From assembly GCF_006345805.1 (NCBI RefSeq), contig NC_043003.1:86862001-86926000 (forward strand): a stretch of DNA of 64,000 bases, written 5' to 3'. How positions within the stretch are numbered: position 1 is the first letter of the stretch; every line of letters begins with the position of its first letter. Both the position numbers and the translations under genes were made by a program. Shown here piece by piece: positions 40,929 through 55,279 of this stretch. The notes under the pieces are model-generated. The model searched no databases. It was given only the letters and a program-made list of their open reading frames with translations, and was not told the origin of the DNA. This DNA comes from Octopus sinensis. Its lineage: Eukaryota.

Positions 40929-42299
40929 GTGTGTGTGTGTGTGGTGTGTGTGTGTGCCTATCTATTTATTGAATTTAAAAAGCAAAATGATGCTTGTAGA
41001 TGTTGCATCTGTGAAGTTGTTCTGAACTTAATTTTTCACCTAAACGAAAGCAAAAGCTAACATCATCTCGTTAACTGTCCTAACTGCTGCACTCGATAAT
41101 CACATATCAGCATCTCATGCACCAGCTTCAAATTCAGCTTTTAGCAAGACCTTTTGTATGTAAAGCAATCCCTTACACTGGTACTTTCATTTTTCTATAT
41201 GTCGAGTTAGAACAGAGACAAGTCTCCCACGCACAGGACACAGCGTATATCATAAGCAACTTTCCCATGTAGTATCAACCCAGAAACAGAACGAAAATCT
41301 GGTCACTGTGCAATGCTTTATCGACTTGGCGCTTTTACAAGAATACTAAAGATTTAATAGAAACCAACAATAATGGTTATGTGAATGGTTTTGAGTTCAA
41401 TTGTACTGCATGGCGCTTATAGAAAATGTCTGGTACAATAGTCTGGGTCCAACCAAAGTTTTATAAACGGATTTGGTAAACGGAAATTGTAAGACGCCCA
41501 TCATATATGTGTGTGTATGTGTGTGTGTGTGCGTGTTTGTGTACGAGTTTGTGTGTGTGTGTGTGTATGTGTGTGTGTGTGCGTATATTCTTATCTGTGT
41601 CCTTGTGTTTGTGTCTCCCCCACACCACCACTTAACGACCGAAGTTGGTCTGTTTATTTCCCCCGTAACCTAGCAGCTTTGTCAAAGTGATCAATAAAAT
41701 AAGTATTAGATTTTTAAAAATAAGTACTGGGACTGATTTGTTCGACTAAAACACTTCAAGGAGATGCCCCAGCCTGGCCGCAGTTTAATGACCGAAACAG
41801 CTAAAAGTATAATAATTCTGCTCTAATCTAGACAATTAATCCAATGATCATCTCAAGCCTCTGCTTCTTTAGGTAATTAATCTTTTTCCACCACATTAAT
41901 TCATTCTGTTATAGGCACAAACCTTGAAATTTCGGTGGGAGGGGGCCAGTCGACCCCGAGCTCGACTGCTATTTATCTCATTTACTCCGAAAGGATGAAA
42001 GCCAAAGATGACCTCAGCAGAATGATTCTACCGGTTCGTCGCCTTCGCTACATTAATAAATTCTTTATATTATACTCTTTCACTCTTTCACTCTTTCAGT
42101 TGTTTCAGTCATTTGACTGTGGCCATGCTGGAGCACCACCTTTAATCGAACAACTCGACCCGGAACTTATTCTTTGTAAGCCCAGTACTTATTCTATCGG
42201 TCTCTTTTGTCGAACCGCTAAGTAACGGGGACATAAACACACCAGCATCGGTTGTCAAGCAATACTAGGGGGACAAACACATATACACAAACACACACG

Positions 42300-42349
<50 letters not shown>

Positions 42350-42499
42350 TACGACGGGCTTCTTTCAGTTTCCGTCTACCAAATCCACTCACAAGGCTTT
42401 GGTCGGCCCGAGGCTATAGTAGAAGACACTTGCCCAAGGTGCCACGCAGTGGGACTGAACCCGGAACCATGTGGTTGGTAAGCAAGCTACTTACCACAC

Positions 42500-43392
42500 A
42501 GCCCTGAAATTTTGCGGGAAGTGGGATGCTAGTTGATTACATCGAATTCCAACGAGCAATTGGTACTTATTTTATAGACCCAGAAAGGATGAAAGGCAAA
42601 GTCGGCCGCGATGACATTTGAACTCATAACGTAAAAACTGGCGAAATACCTATTTCTTTAATACCCACAAGGGGCTAAACACAGAGAGGACGAACAAGGA
42701 CAGACAAACGGATTAAGTCGATTATATCGACCCCAGTGCGTAACTGGTACTTATTTAATCGACCCCGAAAGGATGAAAGGCAAAGTCGACCTCGACAAAA
42801 TTTGAACCCAGAACGTAGCGGTAGACGAAATACCTATTTCTTTACTACCCACAAGGGGCTAAACACAGAGAGGACAGACAAACGGATTAAGTCGATTATA
42901 TCGACCAAAGTGCGTAGCTGGTACTTATTTAATCGACCTCGAAAGGATGAAAGGCAAAGTCCACCTCGGCGGAATTTGAACTCACAACGTAGCGGCAGAC
43001 GAAATACCTATTTCTTTACTACCCACAAGAGGCTAAACACAGAAGGGACAAGCAAGGGCAGACAAACGGACTAAGTCTATTATATCGATCCCGAAAGGAT
43101 GAAAGGCAAAGTCGACCTCGGCGGAATTTGAACTCAGAACGTAGCAGTAGACGAAATACCTATTTCTTTACTACCCACAAGGGGCTAAACACAGAGGGGA
43201 CAAACAAGGACAGACAAACGGATTAAGTCGATTATATCGACCCCAGTGCGTAACTGGTACTTAATTTATCGACCCCGAAAGGATGAAAGGCAAAGTCGAC
43301 CTTGGCGGAATTTGAACTCAGAAACTAACGGCAGACGAAATACGGCTACGCATTTCGCCCACCGTACTAAAGTTTCTGCCAGCTCGCCGCCA
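42500..43392 (-). repeat. Five-unit head-to-tail array of SINE family A
   Basis: Junction GAAATACCTATTTC at 42643, 42827, 43001 and 43153; the only full head is at ~43340-43392. Confidence 0.9.
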
Positions 43393-44301
43393 TCAAGTCA
43401 TTAACTGAGGCCTGTTTTCGACAGTGAATTGGCAGATTCGTTAGAGCGTTGGACTGAATGCTTTACTCTGTTGGTCCACTCTTTGAGCTTCGAGTTCAAA
43501 TTCCACCAAAGTTAACTTTACCTATCATCCTTTCAGCATCGATAAAAACATACCAGGCCAAAGTAGTGGATTAGCAGATACCCATCTGTAATTGTTCCAG
43601 TTCTTTATGTTCTAAGTTCAAATTTAATCGAAGGATAAAATTCTCTTCGGTAGGACGCAAATCTCTCTCAGAAAACTCCCCCACAATAGCCCGGTGTTCA
43701 TTCTTAACAGCTGATATAAACTGGGTCGGTGTAGTATTAAGCTCACTACCCCGAGATATAACGAAATGCTCGAAACTAAAATGAACTCATGATTTATAAG
43801 TCTGAAACCTAACAACATCTCCGTGTGGTTGTTTTGAATTTCAGTGTTACATGCATTCCGAAGTAAAGGTAGCGGAATGTTCCTTGACGCAACGGTAACT
43901 AAAAACATCAAACCCAATCATTGACAGACACACGGATTAAATCACATGAAGCTAGTCTTATAATGATTTAAGTCGCAGGAGGTTAAGTGGTATTAGTGAG
44001 TGACTGGTAGTGGAGCGGTCCACAAACTCGTCCGACTGGTAACTTAACAGTTGACTCATTCGCCCGGATGTAGACAATCACACGCTGTTCTACAAACAGG
44101 TTTTCTCTTTCTTTTTCCCTTTTTGTTTTATTTGCTGTCAACAAATACTGAGATCTGTTCAGGAATTCGTCTTCTACTGCAGATAATATTTGCTAGAATT
44201 CAGAGTTAGGTCCGTGCAGTAAGTAGCAGGTACAGCACTTTTGACACAACCCGAACGTCTCAGTGCACGACAAAAGGAGGTTTCTACGCAAAGAGAAAGA
44301 C

Positions 44302-44351
44302 ATGGGCGCGAATTCATCTAAAACTGAAATAGAAGAGGAACCGAAAACTAG
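44302..44351 (+). CDS. Candidate first coding exon MGANSSKTEIEEEPKT (N-myristoylation motif)
   Basis: GACATGG Kozak context, MGxxxSK motif, AG|GTATTT donor; unique CpG-containing upstream region with TTGACGCAA (43884), CCAAT (43914) and TGACTCA (44052). No downstream exon identified. Confidence 0.35.
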
Positions 44352-44573
44352 GTATTTTTATTTGTTTTTGTGTTTAATGATTTCACCAACGTGCTTCTTA
44401 CTTTTAGTATCATTATTTATCGTTTGCTATTATTGTTTATCATTGCTTTACTTTTGTGTGTGTATATATATATATATATATATAATATATATATATATAA
44501 TATATATATATATACACACAAAAGAAAAGCAATGATAAACAATAATAGCAAACGATAAATAATGATACTATAT

Positions 44574-44626
<53 letters not shown>

Positions 44627-44802
44627 TGTAAATTGTGATTGTAACATTTGTTTTTCTTTTGTTGACCCTAGTTTAATCGAAACAGACAAACTAAATCTTG
44701 ATATTGATTATAATGACGAGATGGTGATGACGATGATGTTGATGGTTTTGATAATGAGAAGGAAAAGGAAGATAAGGCAGAAAAGGACGTTGGTCTGACA
44801 CC

Positions 44803-44874
<72 letters not shown>

Positions 44875-46189
44875 CAAACAACGTACAAAATACATAGAAA
44901 TCAAATAGATGTAATTTGTAGAGAAAAAAATCTATAGAACAAAATAGAAATAAAGAAAAGACAAAATTATTTATATTTAAATTGTGACGTCATCTGCTTG
45001 TTTTTTGTTTGGTAATTAATTTGAGATTCTGTTCGGTGTCCAACTGAAGCAGGTCTTTATCGTACGTACTCTGCTGTGTTACGTCCGTATCCAAGACGCT
45101 TAATTCACAAATAGCTCACATCAGCTAATTGTAAAATAGGTACGATTGAGAGTAAAAACTCAAGCAGAAGTCTGGTTTAAACACACCATATAACACCGCA
45201 TAATCGTTTTATTTTTTTTTTAAATTCCGCCAAAACTCATTGATATAAGTGTGGAAAGAGGACTTAACAACAGATTTATTTGTTTGTAGTGCTGAGTTTA
45301 AATTATTCCATGTGTCAAAATATATTCAAACAGTTTAAAAGAGATGATATTATATGTTTCGAGCAAAGCTCTTATTCGGAAAGAGGAAACATGGGAAAGT
45401 CCAAGAGTAATGGAAGAAAGAGGAAAAAAATCGCCAGTAGTCCACGTCTAGTTACATGTATGTATTAGTATGTATGTATATACATATGTGTTTTTATGTA
45501 TGTATATATACACACACATTTACATATGTATATCACATATATACATACTCTTTTACTTGTTTCAGTCATTTGACTGTGGCCATGCTGGAGCACCGCCTTT
45601 GATCGAGCAACTCGACCCCGGGACTTATTCTTTTGTAAGCCCAGTACTTATTCTATCGGTCTCTTTTGCCGAACCGCTCAGTAACGGGGACGTAAACACA
45701 CCAGCATCGGTTGTCAAGCAATGCTAGGGGGACAAACACAGACACACAAACACACACACGTATATATATATACATATATACGACGGGCTTCTTTCAGTTT
45801 CCGTCTACCAAATCCACTCACACGGCTTTGGTCGGCCCAAGGCTATAGTAGAAAACACTTGCCCAAGGTGACACACAGCGGAACTGAACCCGGAGCCATG
45901 TGGTTGGTAAACAAGATGTACATAAAAATATACATATATATACACATACACACACAAATACATATATATGGGCGTATGCGTCTTTGTGTTCATGCTTGAC
46001 ACCTTACCACCGCCACCATGTTAGTTTGTTTATGTCCCCTTGACTTAGTTTTTCGGCAAAAGACACCGATCGAATAAGTACAAGACTTTAAAAAAATAAG
46101 TCGATTCGTTCTACTAAACTCTTCCCAGCTGTGCTCCGGGTTGGCCACAGTCCAATGACCGAAATAAGTAAAAGATAAAAGATGAGCTA

Positions 46190-46809
<620 letters not shown>

Positions 46810-46813
46810 CTTC

Positions 46814-46844
<31 letters not shown>

Positions 46845-46863
46845 CATACATACATACATACAT

Positions 46864-47088
46864 ACGAGGGCTGCTGAAAAGTTCCTGGTTTTGGGTTAAA
46901 GAAAATACAGAAGGATCAGTTTATCATGATTTTATTCAGCCTATTCCCTTCTCAGATTCACACACTTATTGCAGCGGTTCTTCAGTTTTTCTAAGCCCTG
47001 TAAAAGAACTATGAATGTTGGACACCAACCAGATTTTTCGCGACACCCTTAAAGCCAGGAACTTTTCAGCATCCACTCATACACACAC

Positions 47089-47134
<46 letters not shown>

Positions 47135-47726
47135 GGATTTCTTTAAAAGGGGTACAAAAATATGTGTTATTTTGAGGAACAAAAGCAGTTGCTAAAACAT
47201 GGTCAGGTTCACAACAATCCTGGAACCTCTTTTAATACAAACCTTTTTTTATTATTTTAAAATTTACTTTCTAAACTCTATTAGGACAAAAGGAACCCAA
47301 GCAAAAGCTTGACAGAAGATACTGTAGGTGCCCCTTCGCCTTCGTTACTTCATAAATTTTTGAAAAATGCGTACTTTTTAAAGAAATTTTGCAGATATAG
47401 ACTCAGGTTAAGAAGTACACCTTGCATCGACGTGATTTTGAGTTCAGTCCTGAACAAGTGTCTTTTACTAAAGCTCCGGACTGAACAAAGTTTTGTGCAT
47501 GAATTTAATAGACGGAAACTATGTAGAAGCCCATTGCATTTATATATATATATATAATCTTTTAGTTGTTTTAGTCGTTTAACTGCGGCCATGGTAGAGC
47601 ACCACCTTGAAAGGTTTTAGTCGAACAAATCGACCCCAGGGTCTATTTTTTAAAGCCCAGTAGTTATTCTACCGGTCTCTTTTGCCGAACCAAAGCTATA
47701 TGTATAGACATACATACATACATACA

Positions 47727-47813
<87 letters not shown>

Positions 47814-47960
47814 CTATATATATATATATATATATATTGGATGCGAGGGGTAACTGTTTATATTTTTAATTTCATGCATGCGCATTGTTTGCTTTTGATT
47901 TTGTCGATTGCATACATACATACATACATACATACATACATACATACATACATACATACA

Positions 47961-47994
<34 letters not shown>

Positions 47995-48220
47995 CATACA
48001 TACGAGGGCTGCTGAAAAGCTCCTGGTTTGGGATTAAAGGAAATACCAGAGTATCGGTTTATCATGATTTTATTCAGCCTATTCCCTTCTCAGATTCCCA
48101 CACTTATTGCAGCGGTCCTTCAGTTTTTCTAAGCCCTGTAAAAGAACTCGGAATGTTGGGCACCAACCAAATTTTTCACGAAATCCTTAAAGCCAGGAAC
48201 TTTTCAGTATCCACTCATAC
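46864..48220. mobile_element. Two ~215-bp mariner-type MITEs (46864-47080, 48001-48220)
   Basis: TACGAGGGCTGCTGAAAAG(T/C)TCCTGG ... CCAGGAACTTTTCAG(C/T)ATCCACTCATA imperfect TIRs at TA sites. Confidence 0.75.
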
Positions 48221-48489
48221 ACACACACACACACACACACACACGGAATTCTTTAAAAGGGGTGCAAAAATGCGTGTTATTTTGTTATTTTGAGGAACAA
48301 AAGCAGTTGCTAAAAGATGCTCAGGCTCATAACAATCCTGGAACCTCTTTTAATATAACCCTTTTTTAAAAAATTTACTTTCTAAACTCTATCAGGACAA
48401 AAGAAACTCAAACGAAAACTTGACAGAAGATACTTTAGATCTTACATCTCTATAGGAGGGTCAGTTGGGCACCGTCTGTGGAAAAAAAA

Positions 48490-49520
48490 CAGCCTTATGA
48501 CGCAATTCACTCTGCCAGAAATTTAGAAACTACACGTTTTACTGCTCGCCATTCGCACCGGAACCCCAATACGAACATTTCAGAGTGTTTGGGTGTCAAT
48601 CTGAGGACAGTGCAGCGGATTCGAAAAGAGTTGGATGAATCTAATGGTGATTCCGAAGGTTCAGCAGCTCGGAAACTCACTCTGATCGTTCTGATAAGAG
48701 AAGAACTCCTGAATTTATTGGTGAGATCGAGGCCATGATTGACAACGATCCCTCCAAGTCAATCAGGTCCATCGCCAGGAAAATGGGAGAATCAGGCAGG
48801 TAATGCATGAAGACATTCCGTATTCCTCATACAAGATGAGAAAGGGCCAATTTTTATTCCAAGCCATCAAAAACAAGAGGAAAGACCGCGCTACGAAGCT
48901 CTTGAACAATCTCAAGTATCCCCTCCAAGCGAACATACCTTGGTTTTCTCAGACGAGAAAATTTCTGCCAGGATTATATGGTAAACACACAGAAGAACCA
49001 TTGGCTTGTCGTGTCCCAAAAACATGTACCGAGGGTTATAGAAATCAAACATCCATTCAACATCATGGTGCTTGGAATTATTCATTAGTGATGCGACGTT
49101 ATGCCTCCATTCATCTTCCCATACGGCATCAGAATCCACACGGAGGCCTACATCACGTACCTGGAGGAAGTAGTGCTGCCTTGGGTCAATAGGGTGGCTG
49201 CTGGAAGACCTATGTGGCAACAAGACTCTGGAACATGTCACACAAGTAGGTGAACCCAGTCATGGCTGTCAGACAATTTCTGCGACCACATCACCCTTAA
49301 CATCTGGTCAGCTAACTCTCCAAATTGCGACCCCCATGATTATTATGTAGAGTGCAGTTGTGCGAGAAACCATACAACTCCTTGTAACACCAAAGATGAA
49401 CTGAAGGCAAGGATTATGGCAGCATTCACCAACTTAAGGACACCGTCCAGAAGAGTTGCATGAGATTCCAAAGTCTTTTGGAAGCCGTGATTGAAAACAA
49501 TGGCGATTTTATTGAATAAA
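48490..49520 (+). pseudogene. Frameshifted Tc1/mariner (maT/DD37D-like) transposase
   Basis: HTH-like ISECLGVNLRTVQRIRK, IDNDPSKSIRSIARKM, DEK, WQQDSGTCHTSR, W.ANSPNCDPHDYYV and terminal NGDFIE*. Confidence 0.85.
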
Positions 49521-49632
49521 TCTACTCTTCAGTATTTCAAGATATTTTTATGTAATTTCGGTAAATATATCTGTTAAAATGAGACGCCAGTTTTATTTTC
49601 ATCTTTGCGTAATTTAGACGGAAATTCACTGC

Positions 49633-49665
<33 letters not shown>

Positions 49666-49889
49666 TGTATGTATGTATGTATGTATGTATGTATGTATGT
49701 ATGTATGTATGTACGTATGTATGCATGCATGTATGTATGTTTATTCGATCAAACTCTTTTGCCGAACCGCCAAGTCACGGGAACATAACCACACCAACAC
49801 TGCTTGTCAAGCGATGACGGGGGACAAATAAACACACACGCACACACACTCACATACATACATATATTATTTAAGAATTACTGTATACG

Positions 49890-50225
49890 AAAGAATGTTG
49901 TTTACAGATGTAAGGTTATTTTTGAGGGCAGTTTTTACATATACATAGGTGCCACGTAGAATTTTACTTAGAAACGTATTTCTAACCATATTTACACCTT
50001 TAGTAGTAGAAACAGGTCCTCTTCCACTAGTCTTAGTATTTGGGATTTCAAGGACAAGAAAAAAATGTTTCTGTGGAGTGAGAAATTATAAGCAACGCTA
50101 CTATAAGCAACCTGAATACTCTTTCTGCCTTCTTTGTTTAGAATATTATTTTCTAAAAGACGTCTCTTAAATGCTAAGATAGAAATGGGATTTTCTTGTG
50201 TGCATGCATCAAAATAGACATTTAG
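49890..50225 (+). pseudogene. Penelope-like GIY-YIG endonuclease fragment
   Basis: KNVVYRCKVIFEGSFYIYIGAT*NFT*KRISNHIYTF..STSLS.WDFKDK..E*EII..CLLCLE..LNAKIEMGFSCVH: GIY/YIG core plus PLE tail, with stops. Confidence 0.8.
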
Positions 50226-51292
50226 GAATTATAATTAGGTTTATAGTAATTATTGGTAATTGCTTATATATTAAAGATATTTATATATTTAAATGGATCA
50301 ATATTTCTGGTATAATGCAGTTTTTCGGGTTTAATACACTAAATACGTATAAATGCTAATCAAATATTGTGAATGTAAGTTAAGTGTAAGTGATGATCAA
50401 TACTCTCTTTTACTTGTTTCAGTCATTTGACTGCGGCCATGCTGGAGCACCGCCTTTTAGTCGAGCAAATCGACCCCAGGACTTATTCTTTGTAAGCCTA
50501 GTACTTATCCTATGGGTCTCTTTTGCCGAACCGCTAAGTAACGGGGACGTAAACACACCAGCATCAGTTGTCAAGCGATGTTGGGGAGACAAACACAGAC
50601 ACACAAACACACACACACATATATATATACATATATATATATATACGACGGGCTTCTTTCAGTTTCCGTCTACCAAATCCACTCAAGGCTTTGGTCGGCC
50701 CGAGGCTATAGTAGAAGACACTTGCCCAAGGTGCTATGCAGTGGGACTGAACCCGGAACTGTGTGGTTGGTAAGCAAGCTACTTACTACACAGCCACTCC
50801 TGCGCCTTTACTGTAAATTTGATTAAACATACTTCTCTGAAATATTTTGTTAAAATTCCTATAGTAACATATTAAACTAAACTTAAGATATAACATTATA
50901 TTATAACAGTGGCAGCTTTGGTGTGCTTGGTTATCAAGTAGATATTCTATATGTAGTATGAGGTAATATGTAGGTTCTGATCATGTTTACGTAATAAGTA
51001 TTGACCTTATATTTACGCAAATATTGATGACATAACAATTTTAGGTGGAATTAAATTTGATGTGATATATTTTATTAACCTTCAGTATTAACAAACATAT
51101 GCTCAACTACTTGATATATTTAGCTACCCTCTCCTTCACACTTCATCTATAACGTTTTCCACGTTCATTCGTTTTTATCTATAATTCTCTTTATAATATC
51201 TATACCTTAACTATCATAACACCATCAACGAACCATTGTGTATCATATTTGCACAAGCACATATATACACACACGTGTGTGTGTGTGTATAC

Positions 51293-51367
<75 letters not shown>

Positions 51368-52764
51368 ACGCAGAAATGTGATTTCCTTTTGAAATTCTCC
51401 CAGAGGAAATACCGAATTGACTGGTTTCGAATATTGGAATTTGAACTGATATTTATTTCTGTAATTGAATTGATTGGGTGTAGAAACAGCTATAGGCAGA
51501 AATTTCTCTGTAAGAATTTTTGAATGCCCGTGCAGGAAAAGAAAGATGACCACGTGAGGAAAAGAAAGATGGATGATGGTCACGTGTGAGCAACGAGAGA
51601 GAGAGAGAGAGAAACAGACAAACAGAAAATGGTGAATGAAGGAGGGGGAGAAAATGAGAATTAGAGAAGGATGGGGAAAGAAAACAGTAAAGAGTAGAGA
51701 GTCGCATCAAAAAGGTGAAGATAAACTTACTTGGAAATGGATGCGTGGCGTTCAATTAAATAATAAATAATATAATATATATATATATTTGTACGTATGT
51801 GTGTTTATGTATATATGTATATATACATGTATATATGAGTACAGGACGTCACTAAGGTGCAAATAACATGAAATACGTAAACAAACGAGTTAGATACTTA
51901 CAACGAGACTTTTTGTTTATTATATGTAGGGAAGTAAATATGTGAGTTAACATGATCTCCCCACCTCCCTCCCAAACCAATATATATATATATATATATA
52001 ATAAACACTCCTATCAACAAACATTTTTACCAAAAGACATGTATCTTACACCTCATTAACACCACCACTCCAGACATACACCTAAAACAGAAAATTACTA
52101 AAAGAATTTGGAAAAAAATATCTGGCCATTAGATTTCTGATCAAAGTTCAATTATTCAAATGACTCACAAAACACTCCTTTAACACCCCCACCTCCCAAC
52201 TCCACCCTCAATCAAGTATCGTGTGTTGACTATTCACTACTTTCTTTCAGCTATCATTCATCAGTCTTTCACTCCCACACTGCTTAACAAATCCAGACCC
52301 CACCCAAACACACCCAACTCCCACATATAGAATCACAAAGCCTCAAATCCTCAGATCTGTTTGACAACGAAGGTGAGAATGTTCACCTAAAAAGTTAACA
52401 AGGAAATTTTTTTCAATAGATCTAAGAACTAAAATTTACTTAATTAAACAACTAAAAAATAATAAATTAAGCTGATTAGAACTACCAGTGAAGTCATTCT
52501 TTTTCTTTTTTCAAATATACCTACTGTACCAAGAATTTCACACAGTTTCTTATATATATATATATATATATATATTACTCTTTACTCTTTTACTTGTTTC
52601 AGTCATTTGACTGCGGCCATGCTGGAGCACCGCCTTTAATCGAGCAACTCGACCCCGGGACTTATTCTTTGTAAGCCCAGTACTTATTCTATCGGGTTCT
52701 TTTGCCGAACCGCTAAGTAACGGGGACTTAAACACACCAGCATCGGTTGTCAAACACAGACACA

Positions 52765-52822
<58 letters not shown>

Positions 52823-53327
52823 CATACATATATACGACGGGCTTCTTTAAGTTTCCGTCTACCAAATCCACTCACAAGGTTTTGGTCGGCCCGAGGCTAT
52901 AGTAGAAGACACTTGCCCAAGGTGCCACGCAGTGGGACTGAACCTGGAACCATGTGGTCGGTAAGCAAGCTACTTACCACACAGCCACTCCTGCGCCTCT
53001 ATATATATAAAAATATATACACACACACAATTGCAGCGTGGAAGGTGTTTATAAGCCATTTAAGAAACACACAAAAACCGTTAGATTCATTTCAACATTC
53101 AAATTTAATTTTCCAAAATATTTTCAGCACAGAATTTTGTCAGTGAACAGGTCGCGTTCTCAAATCGACGAAAATATTTTGGCAAATTTAAATTTAAATG
53201 TTGAAGTGAATCTAATCGTTTTTGTGTATTTCTTAAATGGCTTATAAACACCTTCCACGCTGCAATTGCTTTCGTTCCAGCACACGATCTCAGATCAGGT
53301 CACTTGCTATGCAAGTACATCTCCGTA

Positions 53328-53380
<53 letters not shown>

Positions 53381-53552
53381 TATATATATATAGGTGCGGC
53401 GTGGCGGCGAGGTAAGCAGCTTGCTTTCCAACCTCATGGTTCTGGGCTCAGCCAAACTGCGTGGTATCTTGGGCAAGTGTCTTCTACTATAGCCTCAGGC
53501 CGACTAAAGCCTTGTAAGTGGATTTGGTAGAAGAAAAACTGAACGAAGCCCG

Positions 53553-53600
<48 letters not shown>

Positions 53601-54851
53601 GTGTCTTTGTGCCCGTGTTTGTCCTCCTACCACCACTTGACAACCGATGTTGGTGTGTTTACATCCCCGTAACTTAGCAGTTCTGCAAAAGAGACCGATA
53701 GAATAAATATTAGACTTATAAAGAATAAGTCCTGGGGTCGATTTCTTCGACTAAAACCCGTTTAGGTGGTCTTCCAACATGGCCGCAGTCAAATGACTGA
53801 AACAAGTACAAGAATAAAAGAATATACGACAGGCTTCTTTCTGTTTCCGTCAGCCAAATCCATTAACAAGTCTTTGGTCGTCCTGAAGCTATAGCAGAAG
53901 ATACTTGTCCAAGGATCAGCGGGACTGATCCCAGGACCATGTGGTTGGGAAGGAAGCTACCCATCAATCAGTCGTTTTGAGGAAACAACACTCTCGGAAG
54001 TGTATCTCTACAAGCGTATCCTACACTCGATATTTTATTAAAAGATGAATTTCTCAGAAAATTTTAAGGTAGGGGCACCAATCTTCAGTAATGCTGAAGC
54101 TCCATGGTTGAGTCGATGTGAATTGGTTATCACTGTCGATTGAGGCCTTGTCGTTGAGTTGATTCACAGATTATCAACTTCTCATTCTCTGTTAATAATT
54201 CTGTATATTATTTACACTTCAGAGATACATTTCAGAACACTTCCATTATATGTCCTTGTAAACCCGACTCTTATCTTAAGAAAGCTCCTCACTAATGTCA
54301 TAAAGTTGAAAGCAAAATGTACTCCAATTTATTTTGAGTTTAATTGAAAGAACATCAAGGCTGGGATGACAGTGGGAAAAGAGGTTAGTTTTTATATATA
54401 GAATTTAACAGAACAAAGAGATTTTGAACCGGACAATGTGTAGTATGTGTAGCTATTGTATTGCATACTAAGAAGAAACTAATGATTAATAAGCTGTCCC
54501 ACAACTCATTGAAGTCGATGTATGAACGGTGGAGAGGAGGCTCATTATGTTCTGAGTTAAAATCCCACCGAGGTCAGCTATATACATATATGTCTGTGTG
54601 TGGGCGTGTGTGTGTGCATGTAAGTATAAGTCAGCTATATATATATTTATAATAACAAAATGATAAATAAAACATATGCATATATACATACATATATGTA
54701 CATACCTACATCTATATGTATATATACATGCATATATGAGTACATGACACCAAAAAAAGCGTAGAACACAATGAGAAACGAAAACTTAAAACATATAAAA
54801 CAAAACCATGGAAACGGACTTTTTCAAATACACATATGCACACACACACAC

Positions 54852-55230
54852 ACTGGCAGCGCATCCCGGCGTTGCCCTGGTGTTATGCTCTACAGCCACA
54901 CTGTATTATTTCTTCCTTTCTTACGGGCAGAATCGGCGCAGCTGATATATAGTTAACTGGATTTCCGGCGTGAAGGAAGTTATTGTTTAGAAAGTGAAGG
55001 GAGTGAGGGTACAATTTGCATGGATTTGCATGAAAGTGCTTTCTGTTCTTAAAAACTATCACAAACTATGTATTGTTTCATCATATAAAAGGTGGTTAAT
55101 ATAATTTTGCCCAGAAATCACATTTTCAAAATTTTAATTTCCCCTCGTCCCCACCGCAATTTCTCAATTTGTACTTTTTCTAATTTTCTTTTTTATATCC
55201 ACGTAGAAAAATACAGATTACCAATCTGGG

Positions 55231-55279
<49 letters not shown>

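Noticed and set aside
42560-43392. Regularly spaced repeats suggesting a CRISPR array
   Set aside because: Whole units are repeated with no unique spacers, the context is eukaryotic and there are no cas genes.
45290-45460. Possible second exon for the MGANSSK gene
   Set aside because: The phase-2 frame hits a stop within 16 codons; the open frame is phase-incompatible.
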